DNA from: Methanobacteriota archaeon
GTDB lineage: Archaea; Halobacteriota; Methanomicrobia; Methanomicrobiales; Methanospirillaceae
Direction: 5' to 3'
Assembly (NCBI GenBank): GCA_029547145.1
Contig: JAKPPV010000043.1
Coordinates: forward strand, 1-53,888
Length of the DNA: 53,888 nucleotides
The notes under the pieces were generated by a model, which was not told the origin of the DNA, made no database searches, and worked only from the letters and a program-made list of their open reading frames with translations. A program made the translations under genes and the position numbers. This document shows positions 28,419-39,696 of this stretch, in pieces; positions within the stretch are counted from its first letter, which is position 1; every line of letters begins with the position of its first letter.

Positions 28419-29195
28419 CTAGATCACCATCGGCCGCGAGATCGTCTGCTGGAGCGCGATCGAGAGCTGGAGTTCGGAGGAGAAGAGGCCGAAGGCCTCC
28501 TCGACCGCCGAACGCGCCCGCTCCGGGGTGTTGTTGGTCTCGGAGAGGTGGGCGAGCATCACGGCGGCGAGGTCCCCGGAGAACGAACGGAGGAGCTCGG
28601 CCGTCTGCTCGTTCGAGAGGTGGCCCCGCCGTGAGCGGATCCGGCGCTTCAGCATCGCCGGATAGGGCCCTTCCTCGAGCATCCGCGGGCAGTGGTTCGC
28701 CTCGAGGACCAGCGCGTCGCAGCATGCGAGGCGCTCCCGGACGCCCCCCGGGACGACACCCGTGTCCGTGCAGTACCCGAGGCGGACCCCTCCCGCCTCG
28801 ATCAGGTACCCGCAGGGCTCGCGGGCGTCGTGCGAGAGCGGCAGGGGTTCGATGGAAAACTCGCCGATCGTGAACTGCGCGTCTCCCCGGACCGGGCAGG
28901 TGTCGACCGGGCGCCGGGTGGACTTCCGGTGGAGCAGGAACTCGGCGAGGGTGCCGGGGGTCCCGTAGACCGGGAGGTCGAGCCGTTTCGCGAGGGCGTC
29001 CAGCCCCCGGACATGGTCGGTGTGCTCGTGGGTGACGAGGACCGCCTGGATCGCACCGGGGTCGGCCCCGGTCGCGGCGATCCGCTGGAGGAGGTCACGG
29101 GCGGAGAGCCCGGCATCGACGAGGAGACTACCGCTCGCGCCTTCGACCAGGACCGAGTTGCCCCGCGAGCCGGAGGAGAGGGCCGTGACCCGCAT
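28419..29195 (-). CDS. MBL-fold metallo-hydrolase
   Basis: 258 aa. Motif VLVTHEHTDHVRGLD (HxHxDH) and a downstream His. Confidence 0.75.
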   Translation of the reverse strand: MRVTALSSGSRGNSVLVEGASGSLLVDAGLSARDLLQRIAATGADPGAIQAVLVTHEHTDHVRGLDALAKRLDLPVYGTPGTLAEFLLHRKSTRRPVDTCPVRGDAQFTIGEFSIEPLPLSHDAREPCGYLIEAGGVRLGYCTDTGVVPGGVRERLACCDALVLEANHCPRMLEEGPYPAMLKRRIRSRRGHLSNEQTAELLRSFSGDLAAVMLAHLSETNNTPERARSAVEEAFGLFSSELQLSIALQQTISRPMVI

Positions 29196-29291
29196 GCGAA
29201 AAGGGTTGGACGGGTCGGCTCATGAACGCTCGGTTCGAAGGGGGAGGAGGGAGGGGAGAGGGAGGGGGGAGTTGGGTGACCGGGGGGCCGG

Positions 29292-30838
<1,547 letters not shown>

Positions 30839-30944
30839 TCTCTGTCAACCTCACTGGAGGTGGCGCCCTGCGCCACACTAGGAAGGAAGTTGTATTCTTA
30901 CACATATAAATTTACCTATCTCCCCCCATGGGTGCGGGGTCCGC

Positions 30945-30970
30945 CGGGTTCCGGAAAAAAGGGGGGGGCC
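30945..30970 (-). terminator. C8-T6 tract immediately after the MFS stop codon on the minus strand (candidate oligo-T terminator)
   Basis: Plus strand shows aaaaaagggggggg directly 5' of the tca stop triplet at 30971. Confidence 0.3.
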
Positions 30971-32212
30971 TCAGGCGGTCCCGAAGGGGGGACGGAGGAG
31001 GAGCGCCGCGATCCCGATACCGAGGAGCGCGAGTCCGGCGACCGGGAGGAAGACCGCCGTGTACGACCCGACCAGGTCGCGGAGCGTCCCCGCGAGCAGG
31101 TTCCCGACGATCGCGCCGACGCCGTAGGCGGTGAAGACCAGGCCGTAGTTCGGGCCGTAGTACCGGGTGCCGCAGTACGCCGCCGTGCAGGCGGGTGCGA
31201 TCGCGAGCCAGCCGCCGAGGCAGAGCCAGAGCGCGGCGAAGCCGATGACGTAGACGGCCCACGCCCCGCTCCCGGAGCCCGCCCAGAGGAGGAGGGCCGC
31301 CCCCGCGATCAGGGCCAGGTTTGCGATCGCGGTCGTCCTCGTCCCGAGCCGGTCGACGAGCGCCCCGAAGAGCGGCCGTCCGACCCCGTTGAAGACCGCG
31401 AAGACGCCGACCAGCACGGCCGCTGTCGCCGCCGGGAGGAGGAAGACCTCCTGGCCGACGGGCGAGGCGATCCCGATCGCCATCAGGCCGGCGACCGTCC
31501 CGATGAAGAAGCAGAGCCACAGGCCCCAGAATGCTCCTGTCCGGACCATCTCCGACCTCGAGAGGTCGCGGGTGCCTGCCTGCGCCGCCGTCGGCGTCCA
31601 GCCCGCCGGCGCCCCCCCGGGGGGGGGGAACCGGAGGGGGAGACCGGCGAGGACGATCACCAGGAGGGCCCCGGTCCCCACCCAGGCCATCGTCGCGAGC
31701 GGCCCGATCGTGGCGATCAGGGCGTTCGCGAGCGGCGCGGTGACGAGCGGGGAGAGGCCGAATCCCAGGACCGCCAGCCCCACCGCGAGCCCCCGCCGGT
31801 CGGGGAACCAGCGGGCGGCGACCGCGATCGGGCAGTTGTAGACGATCCCGACGCCGGCGCCGCCGATCAGCCCGTAGGCGAGGGTGAGCATCGCCATCGA
31901 GGTGGACTGGGACCCGAGGAGCCACCCCGCGCCGACGATCACCCCGCCGGCGACCGCGAGGAGCCGGGGGCCGTACCGGTCGAGGAGACCCCCGACGAGC
32001 GGCATACCGATGGCGAAGACCGCCAAAAAGACCACGAACGGGAAGAGGCTCTCGGTCGCCCCGACGTGAAACGCCGCCTCGAGCGGCTTGCGGAAGACCG
32101 ACCAGGCGTAGATCGAACCGATCGCGAGGTTGATCACGAGCCCGAGCAGGACGAAGACCCAGCGGCCACGCTCTGCGGGCATGCCGAAGAGGGTGGAGGA
32201 CGGGTCCGCCAT
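30971..32212 (-). CDS. MFS transporter, oxalate/formate antiporter (OFA)-like family
   Basis: 413 aa, 12 predicted TM helices, motif GSIYAWSVF typical of OFA-family MFS. Confidence 0.75.
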   Translation of the reverse strand: MADPSSTLFGMPAERGRWVFVLLGLVINLAIGSIYAWSVFRKPLEAAFHVGATESLFPFVVFLAVFAIGMPLVGGLLDRYGPRLLAVAGGVIVGAGWLLGSQSTSMAMLTLAYGLIGGAGVGIVYNCPIAVAARWFPDRRGLAVGLAVLGFGLSPLVTAPLANALIATIGPLATMAWVGTGALLVIVLAGLPLRFPPPGGAPAGWTPTAAQAGTRDLSRSEMVRTGAFWGLWLCFFIGTVAGLMAIGIASPVGQEVFLLPAATAAVLVGVFAVFNGVGRPLFGALVDRLGTRTTAIANLALIAGAALLLWAGSGSGAWAVYVIGFAALWLCLGGWLAIAPACTAAYCGTRYYGPNYGLVFTAYGVGAIVGNLLAGTLRDLVGSYTAVFLPVAGLALLGIGIAALLLRPPFGTA

Positions 32213-32215
32213 CCC

Positions 32216-34114
<1,899 letters not shown>

Positions 34115-34261
34115 GGGTCTCTCTCGTCATTCATACTCGTCCCGCCCGTATCACGGTGCAGGTGCTCTCAAGGTCGGTCCCGGAGTCTCAGGGCCTGGCC
34201 CTCGTCTCCATCCCTGGGCCGGACGGTCACCACCGCTGCAGCCCGGCTCTCCGTGTGAAGA

Positions 34262-34320
34262 ATTCCAGTCGTCTCCAAGTTTTGTAATGATAAATCATTA
34301 TAGTGATAATAGTTTTGTAT
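34262..34320 (-). promoter_or_regulatory. AT-rich island (~35% GC) ~150-200 nt upstream of the acs start; candidate BRE/TATA region
   Basis: ttttgtaatgataaatcattatagtgataatagttttgta stands out against ~70% GC surroundings. Confidence 0.3.
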
Positions 34321-34352
34321 CGGAGGCCCGGTCCGGACGGAGCGGGAGGGGT

Positions 34353-34808
34353 TCAGCGGCGGCGGCGGGGCGTCCCGGAGGGAGGAGCGCGCCTCGGGCG
34401 CCCGGGGAGGGCCCCCGCGACGAGGAGCAGGAGGGTGCCGAGGACCAAAAGGCCCCACCCCCATTCGGTCGAGAAGGAGGAAAGGAGGGCGCGGGCCGGC
34501 GAGCCCTCCAGGGGGAACGGCAGGAGCGCGTCCTGCCGGGTGAGAAACTCGGAAAGGACCATCAGGCCGGAGAACGAGCCCGTGATCAATAGGGCCCGCC
34601 GCCGGGCGAGGAGGACGAGCACAACCGAGGCGGCGGCACCGACCAGGATCATCCGTGCCGGGATGGAACTCCCCCCGAGGAGGGTGGCATGCCCGCCTCC
34701 GGGCAGTGCGGAGATGGGGGAAAAACAGCCTGCGGCGAGCAGGACGGCGCCGAGAAGCCCGAGCAGGACGGCCCGCGGGATCACCGTCCGCCTGCGCCTG
34801 CCGCCCAT
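34353..34808 (-). CDS. Hypothetical membrane protein (~151 aa, 3-4 TM helices)
   Basis: MGGRRRRTVIPRAVLLGLLGAVLLAAGC... Hydrophobic segments throughout. Start uncertain (alternative at 34862). Confidence 0.3.
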   Translation of the reverse strand: MGGRRRRTVIPRAVLLGLLGAVLLAAGCFSPISALPGGGHATLLGGSSIPARMILVGAAASVVLVLLARRRALLITGSFSGLMVLSEFLTRQDALLPFPLEGSPARALLSSFSTEWGWGLLVLGTLLLLVAGALPGRPRRAPPSGTPRRRR

Positions 34809-34812
34809 GGGC

Positions 34813-35022
34813 CTAGCTCCCGACCGGGATCGGGATCGGGATCGTCGTCTCGCCGGCGGCAAGGGTCGGGCCGTGCGGCGTCACCTCTCCGCCGGGCGGG
34901 GGGGTACCGGGCGGGCTTTCGCCGCTCCCGGGCTCGGACGCCCCGATGCAGCCGGCGGCGAGCGCGGACCCGGCCAGGACGGCGAGGAGGGCGAGGAGGG
35001 CGAACACGCGTACAGGAGACAT
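34813..35022 (-). CDS. Small secreted / lipoprotein-like protein (69 aa)
   Basis: MSPVRVFALLALLAVLAGSALAAGCIGA..., signal peptide plus Cys, Pro-rich tail. Sits where glnK would be expected downstream of the second amt. Confidence 0.35.
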   Translation of the reverse strand: MSPVRVFALLALLAVLAGSALAAGCIGASEPGSGESPPGTPPPGGEVTPHGPTLAAGETTIPIPIPVGS

Positions 35023-35059
35023 TCCAGTCAGATCAGGGGACGACACGAGAAAAAGGTTG

Positions 35060-36262
35060 CTAGTAGGAGATCCGCTCGCCATGCTGGGAGATGTCGAGGC
35101 CGACGTACTCCTCCTCCTCGCTGACGCGGAGGCCCATCACCCGGTCCACCGCGAGCGCGATCAGGTAGGTGAGGCCGAACGCGTAGACGACGGACACGAG
35201 TGCGCACCCCGTGTTCACCAGGCACTGCGACACGCTCCCCTCCAGCAGCCCGGGGAACCGGTTCACCGCGGAGGTGGCGAGGACCCCGGTCATCACCGTG
35301 CCCCAGAGCCCGCCCACGCCGTGGACCGCGAAGGCATCGAGCGACTCGTCGTACTGCCGGCGGAGCCGCCAGACCATCGCCCCGTAGCAGAGGACCCCCG
35401 CGACTCCCCCGACCAGGACCGAGGCAGGGACCGTCACGAACCCGGCGGCGGGGGTGATCGCGACGAGCCCGGCGACCGCGCCCGTGATCATGCCGAGGGA
35501 GGCGGGCCGGCCGTAGAGCCATGAGACGAGGAGCCAGGCGATCGCCCCGGCGGCGGCGGCGGTGTTGGTGACCAGGAACGCGTTCGCCGCGATCCCGTCC
35601 GCCGCGAGGGCGGACCCGGCGTTGAACCCGAACCAGCCGAACCAGAGCAGCCCCCCGCCGAGCAGGGCCATCGGGATGTTGTGCGGCTCCATCGAGTACT
35701 GCCCGAACCCGACCCGCTTCCCGATCACCAGGGCGAGGGCGAGGGCGGAGAAGCCCGAGTTGATCTCGACCACGGTACCGCCGGCAAAGTCCAGGAGCCC
35801 GAGGGACTGGGCCCACCCCCCTCCCCAGGCCCAGTGCGCCAGGGGGTCGTAGACGAGCGTGGTCCAGAGGAGACCGAGCACTAAAAATGAGCTCAGCTTC
35901 ACCCGTTCTGCGACGGCCGAGGTGATGACGGCGAGCGTCACCGCGGCAAAGGCGAGATGGAAGGCGGCGAAGAGGACCGGCGGATAGCCTCCCTCCCCCG
36001 GGTCCAGCCCGACCCCCCCGAGACCGAGATGATCGAGGCCCCCGATCAGCCCGCCGATGTCATGGCCGAAGACGAGCGAGTAGCCGACCAGCACCCAGTG
36101 GAGGCTCACGAGGGAGAGGGCGACGAGCGAGAGGGCGATCATCGAGATGAAGTTCTTCTTCCTGACCATCCCGCCGTAGAAGAGCCCGACACCGGGGGTC
36201 ATGAGGATCACGAGCGCGGTCGAGACGAGCAGCCATGCCGTCGTCCCCGTATCGAGTGCCAT
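35060..36262 (-). CDS. amt: Ammonium transporter (Amt/MEP family), second copy without a cognate glnK
   Basis: 400 aa, [37 protein letters not shown]... ~70% identical to the 29636-30838 product. Confidence 0.9.
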   Translation of the reverse strand: MALDTGTTAWLLVSTALVILMTPGVGLFYGGMVRKKNFISMIALSLVALSLVSLHWVLVGYSLVFGHDIGGLIGGLDHLGLGGVGLDPGEGGYPPVLFAAFHLAFAAVTLAVITSAVAERVKLSSFLVLGLLWTTLVYDPLAHWAWGGGWAQSLGLLDFAGGTVVEINSGFSALALALVIGKRVGFGQYSMEPHNIPMALLGGGLLWFGWFGFNAGSALAADGIAANAFLVTNTAAAAGAIAWLLVSWLYGRPASLGMITGAVAGLVAITPAAGFVTVPASVLVGGVAGVLCYGAMVWRLRRQYDESLDAFAVHGVGGLWGTVMTGVLATSAVNRFPGLLEGSVSQCLVNTGCALVSVVYAFGLTYLIALAVDRVMGLRVSEEEEYVGLDISQHGERISY

Positions 36263-36480
36263 CTACCCGTTCACCCCGTTCCATTCCACCAGACCACCAT
36301 CCCCTGCCATCGTCTCCTCCCGGGACCGATCCCGCGGCCACCTTTTTAAGAGAGAGAAGTTTCATTCCATGAGATTTAAATGAATCTGCAGGGCCGGGGA
36401 TCGGGCGCCGGGGAGAGGATACCATTCCATTAAATACCCCTGTGCAGAACAGTAGTTTGCAACGGAGGTTGTCAATAGTC

Positions 36481-36936
36481 ATGACTCCAGAGGAATATCG
36501 CAACATCATCTCAATGGCGATCGACCGCGAGGTCGAGGCCTATTCGTTCTACAACACGGTCGCGGAGAAGGTGCAGGACGCGAACCTGAAGTCGCTCTTC
36601 AAGGAGCTGGCAGGAGACGAGACCAGCCACCGGGAGTTCCTCCAGAAGATGCTGACCAAGGACTTCTCCTCGCTCGGCTTCTCGACCACGCGGGACTACA
36701 AGGTTGCCGAGTCGGTCGCCTCCCCGCCGCTCTCCGCCGACCTCAAGCCGATCGACGGCCTCGTGATCGCGATCAAGAAGGAGCTCGAGGCGATGCAGAT
36801 GTACACCGGGCTCGCGAACGCGACCGATGACGCCGAGCAGAAGAAGCTCTTCACCGAGCTCGCCGCGATGGAGCGCGGGCACAAGGCCCGGCTCGAGGAC
36901 ATCTACACCAACATGGCCTTCCCCGAGGCCTGGTAA
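36481..36936 (+). CDS. Ferritin-like / rubrerythrin-family di-iron domain protein
   Basis: 151 aa. Two ExxH motifs (EVEAY...ETSHREF and ELEAM...ERGHKARL). Locally lower GC and different codon usage than its neighbours. Confidence 0.55.
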   Translation: MTPEEYRNIISMAIDREVEAYSFYNTVAEKVQDANLKSLFKELAGDETSHREFLQKMLTKDFSSLGFSTTRDYKVAESVASPPLSADLKPIDGLVIAIKKELEAMQMYTGLANATDDAEQKKLFTELAAMERGHKARLEDIYTNMAFPEAW

Positions 36937-37778
36937 TCCTTCTTTTCCTCCCGTTCCCCTTCGTCCCCGAGCAGCGCGGCCAGCTCCCCGAAGGAGCCGG
37001 CGACCGGGGAGGAGCATTCCAGCATCAGGTTCACCCGCTCGTGCGCACCGACCCGCCGGAAGTCGGTCCTGAGTGCGACCACCGGGATACCGCGCCCGGC
37101 GGCGTACCCCATCTCCCACGCGGTCCCGGAGTCGGCGTCCGCACCGTCGATCACCGCGACGAGGACGTCTGCAGACTCGATCTCGGTGCGGAGCCGTTCG
37201 TAGAGCCGGCACAGCTCCCCCTCGTCGCGGACGGATCCCTCGTCCCCGAGCTCCTGGGGGAGGGCGACCCGGTGGTGCCGCCCGCGGAGGAAACGGGCGA
37301 GCCGGAGGTTGAACGCCCGCTCCGCGGCGGAGAAGAGGGGGGCGGCGAGGTAGACCCGGTACCGGGCGAAGGTTTTGACGTCGACCGCCCGGATGCCGGG
37401 GAACCGGGCGAGCCAGACCCCCCTCCCCGGACGCCGGTCTTCGTCGTGAAAGTGCCGGTTGACCCCGCAGCAGGGGGACGAGTCGACCCCGATGATGCAG
37501 AGCGGCGGGCCCCGGTCGGCGATCACCGCCCGGACCTCCTCTTCGAGCCGGTCGAGGAGGGCCCCGAACGCCGGGGTATCGAGCCGGCCCCGGAGCGGCC
37601 CGGGGGGGCGGGGACGGCCCAGGTGAAGTGTCTCGGGGCAGGGGAGCAAGACGACCTCGATCCCGAACGCGGCGCATCGCTCGAGGGCACGGGCGAAGGC
37701 GGCCCGGTCTTCGTCCGAGGTGATCCCCTCCGCCCGGAGGGTGGGGTCCAGGATGCAGGGGGCGGCGAGCACGTACAT
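36903..37778 (-). CDS. Two-domain protein: N-terminal Cys-containing DUF523-like domain, C-terminal nucleoside 2-deoxyribosyltransferase-like (Rossmann) domain
   Basis: 291 aa from MYVLAAPCILDP... N-terminal half has SPCCGVNRHFHDEDRRPGRGVW. C-terminal half has YLAAPLFSAAE...VLVAVIDGADADSGTAWEMGYAAGRGIPVVAL. The upstream 212 codons of the ORF-track call are Arg-rich junk and overlap tsr3 on the other strand. Confidence 0.5.
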   Translation of the reverse strand: MYVLAAPCILDPTLRAEGITSDEDRAAFARALERCAAFGIEVVLLPCPETLHLGRPRPPGPLRGRLDTPAFGALLDRLEEEVRAVIADRGPPLCIIGVDSSPCCGVNRHFHDEDRRPGRGVWLARFPGIRAVDVKTFARYRVYLAAPLFSAAERAFNLRLARFLRGRHHRVALPQELGDEGSVRDEGELCRLYERLRTEIESADVLVAVIDGADADSGTAWEMGYAAGRGIPVVALRTDFRRVGAHERVNLMLECSSPVAGSFGELAALLGDEGEREEKKDYQASGKAMLV

Positions 37779-37807
37779 TATGGAGCGTGGGGCCGAGACG
37801 GGTATAG

Positions 37808-38314
37808 ATGATCCCCCTCTTCGCCTACCGGGACAACACCTGTGCCCCGAAGAGGTGCACGGTGGTCCGGCTCGGGCGGGCCGGGCTTCTCCGGGTCCTG
37901 GACCGGCCCGATCAGGTGCCGCGATCGACGCTCGTCCTCGACCCGACCGCGGCGCAGGCCCTCTCTCCGGCCGACGCGCCCGGACGGGCGGGGGGCGTCC
38001 GCTCGCTGACCGCGCTGGACTGTTCCTGGGAGGTGCTCGACGCCGGCGTCTTCGCCGCCTGGCGCCGCCACCGGGCGCTGCCGTACCTGGTCGCGGCGAA
38101 CCCGACCAACTACGGGCGCCCGCTCCGCCTCTCGTCGGCCGAAGCCCTCGCCGCCGCCTGTTACATCCTCGGGGAGCCGGACCAGGCGCGGGCGCTGATG
38201 GACGCCTTCCGCTGGGGACCCCACTTCCTCGTCCTGAACGCGGAGCCCCTCGAACGGTACGCCGCCGCCGCCGACTCCGCCGAGGTCGTCGCGATCCAGG
38301 CGGACTACCTGTAG
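37808..38314 (+). CDS. tsr3: Tsr3-like 16S rRNA aminocarboxypropyltransferase (DUF367)
   Basis: 168 aa, MIPLFAYRDNTCAPKRCTVVRLGRAGLLRV... matches the conserved Tsr3 N-terminal motif (D..P.KCTA.KL.R.GL). Confidence 0.6.
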   Translation: MIPLFAYRDNTCAPKRCTVVRLGRAGLLRVLDRPDQVPRSTLVLDPTAAQALSPADAPGRAGGVRSLTALDCSWEVLDAGVFAAWRRHRALPYLVAANPTNYGRPLRLSSAEALAAACYILGEPDQARALMDAFRWGPHFLVLNAEPLERYAAAADSAEVVAIQADYL

Positions 38315-38580
38315 GGGGACGGGCCCCTCTGGCCCGGCGGCGGGCCGCACGCAGGGCCGGTTCGCGCCCGACTTTTGTCAGGATAATAGACAAGACTATA
38401 TCGAATCGTACCATTAACTGACGTGATCACGATCTCCCGTCGGCCGCCCGGCACGATCCCCCGTACCGCAGGGCGCCTGCCGGGCGGTCGTATCGGGGGA
38501 GGGTTCCTCCTGCTCCTGTGCGGCGGACGGCCGGGGGGCAGGGCCCGACCGACATTCCGACGGACACAGGAGAAGGCACG

Positions 38581-39603
38581 ATGATCAAGGTTGCAGTCAA
38601 CGGGTACGGTACCATCGGCAAGCGCGTCGCGGACGCGGTTGCCTGCCAGCCCGACATGGAGATCGTGGGGGTCTCGAAGACCTCGATGAACGCGGACGCC
38701 TACGTCGCAAAGGCGCGGGGCTACCCCCTCTACATCGCGGACCTCTCAAAGCGGGCGGACTTCGAGGACGCGGGGGTACCGGTCGCCGGCTCGGTCGCCG
38801 AGATGATCACGAAGGCCGACGTCGTCGTCGACGCGACGCCCGGCGGGGTGGGACTCAAGAACAGGCCCATGTACGAGCAGCACGGCGTGCGTGCGATCTA
38901 CCAGGGCGGCGAGAAGCATGCGACCGCCGGGTTCTCGTTCAACTCCTCGGTCAACTACGATGAGGCCCGGGGCCGGCAGTTCGTACGCGTCGTCTCCTGC
39001 AACACGACCGGTCTCGTCCGGATCATCAACGAGGTCGACCGGGCGTTCGGGGTCGGGAAGGTCCGGGCGGTCATGGTCCGGCGCGGCGGCGATCCGGGAG
39101 ACGTCAAGCGGGGGCCGATCGACGCGATCGTCCTCGACCCGGTGACGCTCCCGAGCCACCACGGGCCGGACGTCCAGTCGGTCCTGCCCCACATCGAGAT
39201 CACGACCGCGGCCATGATCGTGCCGACGACCTTCATGCACATGCACGCGGTCCAGATGACGCTGAAGCGCCCTGCGACCCGCGAGCAGGTGATCGAGCTC
39301 TTCCGGGCCCATTCCCGGATCGGCCTCGTGAAGGGGCCGTCCGGGATCCGGTCGTCGGCCGAGCTGAAGGAGTACATGCAGGACATCGGCCGGCCCCGGT
39401 CGGACATGTGGGAGAACGGGGTCTTCGAGGAGTCGGTCTCGGTCGTCGACGGGACGGAGCTCTGGCTCTTCCAGGCGATCCACCAGGAGGCGGACGTCGT
39501 CGTCGAGAACGTCGACGCGATCCGCGCGATCGCTTCCGACGTCCCGGCGGCAGAGTCGATCCGGATGACCGAGGAGGCGCTCGGGTTCGTCGCGCTCGGG
39601 TGA
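38581..39603 (+). CDS. gap: Glyceraldehyde-3-phosphate dehydrogenase, archaeal type II
   Basis: 340 aa, MIKVAVNGYGTIGKRVADAV...SCNTTGL (catalytic Cys). A C13 homopolymer follows the stop. Confidence 0.9.
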   Translation: MIKVAVNGYGTIGKRVADAVACQPDMEIVGVSKTSMNADAYVAKARGYPLYIADLSKRADFEDAGVPVAGSVAEMITKADVVVDATPGGVGLKNRPMYEQHGVRAIYQGGEKHATAGFSFNSSVNYDEARGRQFVRVVSCNTTGLVRIINEVDRAFGVGKVRAVMVRRGGDPGDVKRGPIDAIVLDPVTLPSHHGPDVQSVLPHIEITTAAMIVPTTFMHMHAVQMTLKRPATREQVIELFRAHSRIGLVKGPSGIRSSAELKEYMQDIGRPRSDMWENGVFEESVSVVDGTELWLFQAIHQEADVVVENVDAIRAIASDVPAAESIRMTEEALGFVALG

Positions 39604-39696
39604 GGACCGGTCTGTCGGCCCGCTCCCCCCCCCCCGCGTGACGGGAGAAGTAGGCGGGGCTCCACCACGTGCCTATCCCGGTACGCGTGACCGCCG

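Noticed and set aside
36903-38414. 503-aa ORF as a single gene
   Set aside because: The N-terminal 212 codons are Arg/Pro-rich junk antisense to tsr3. The real product starts at MYVLAAP (37778).
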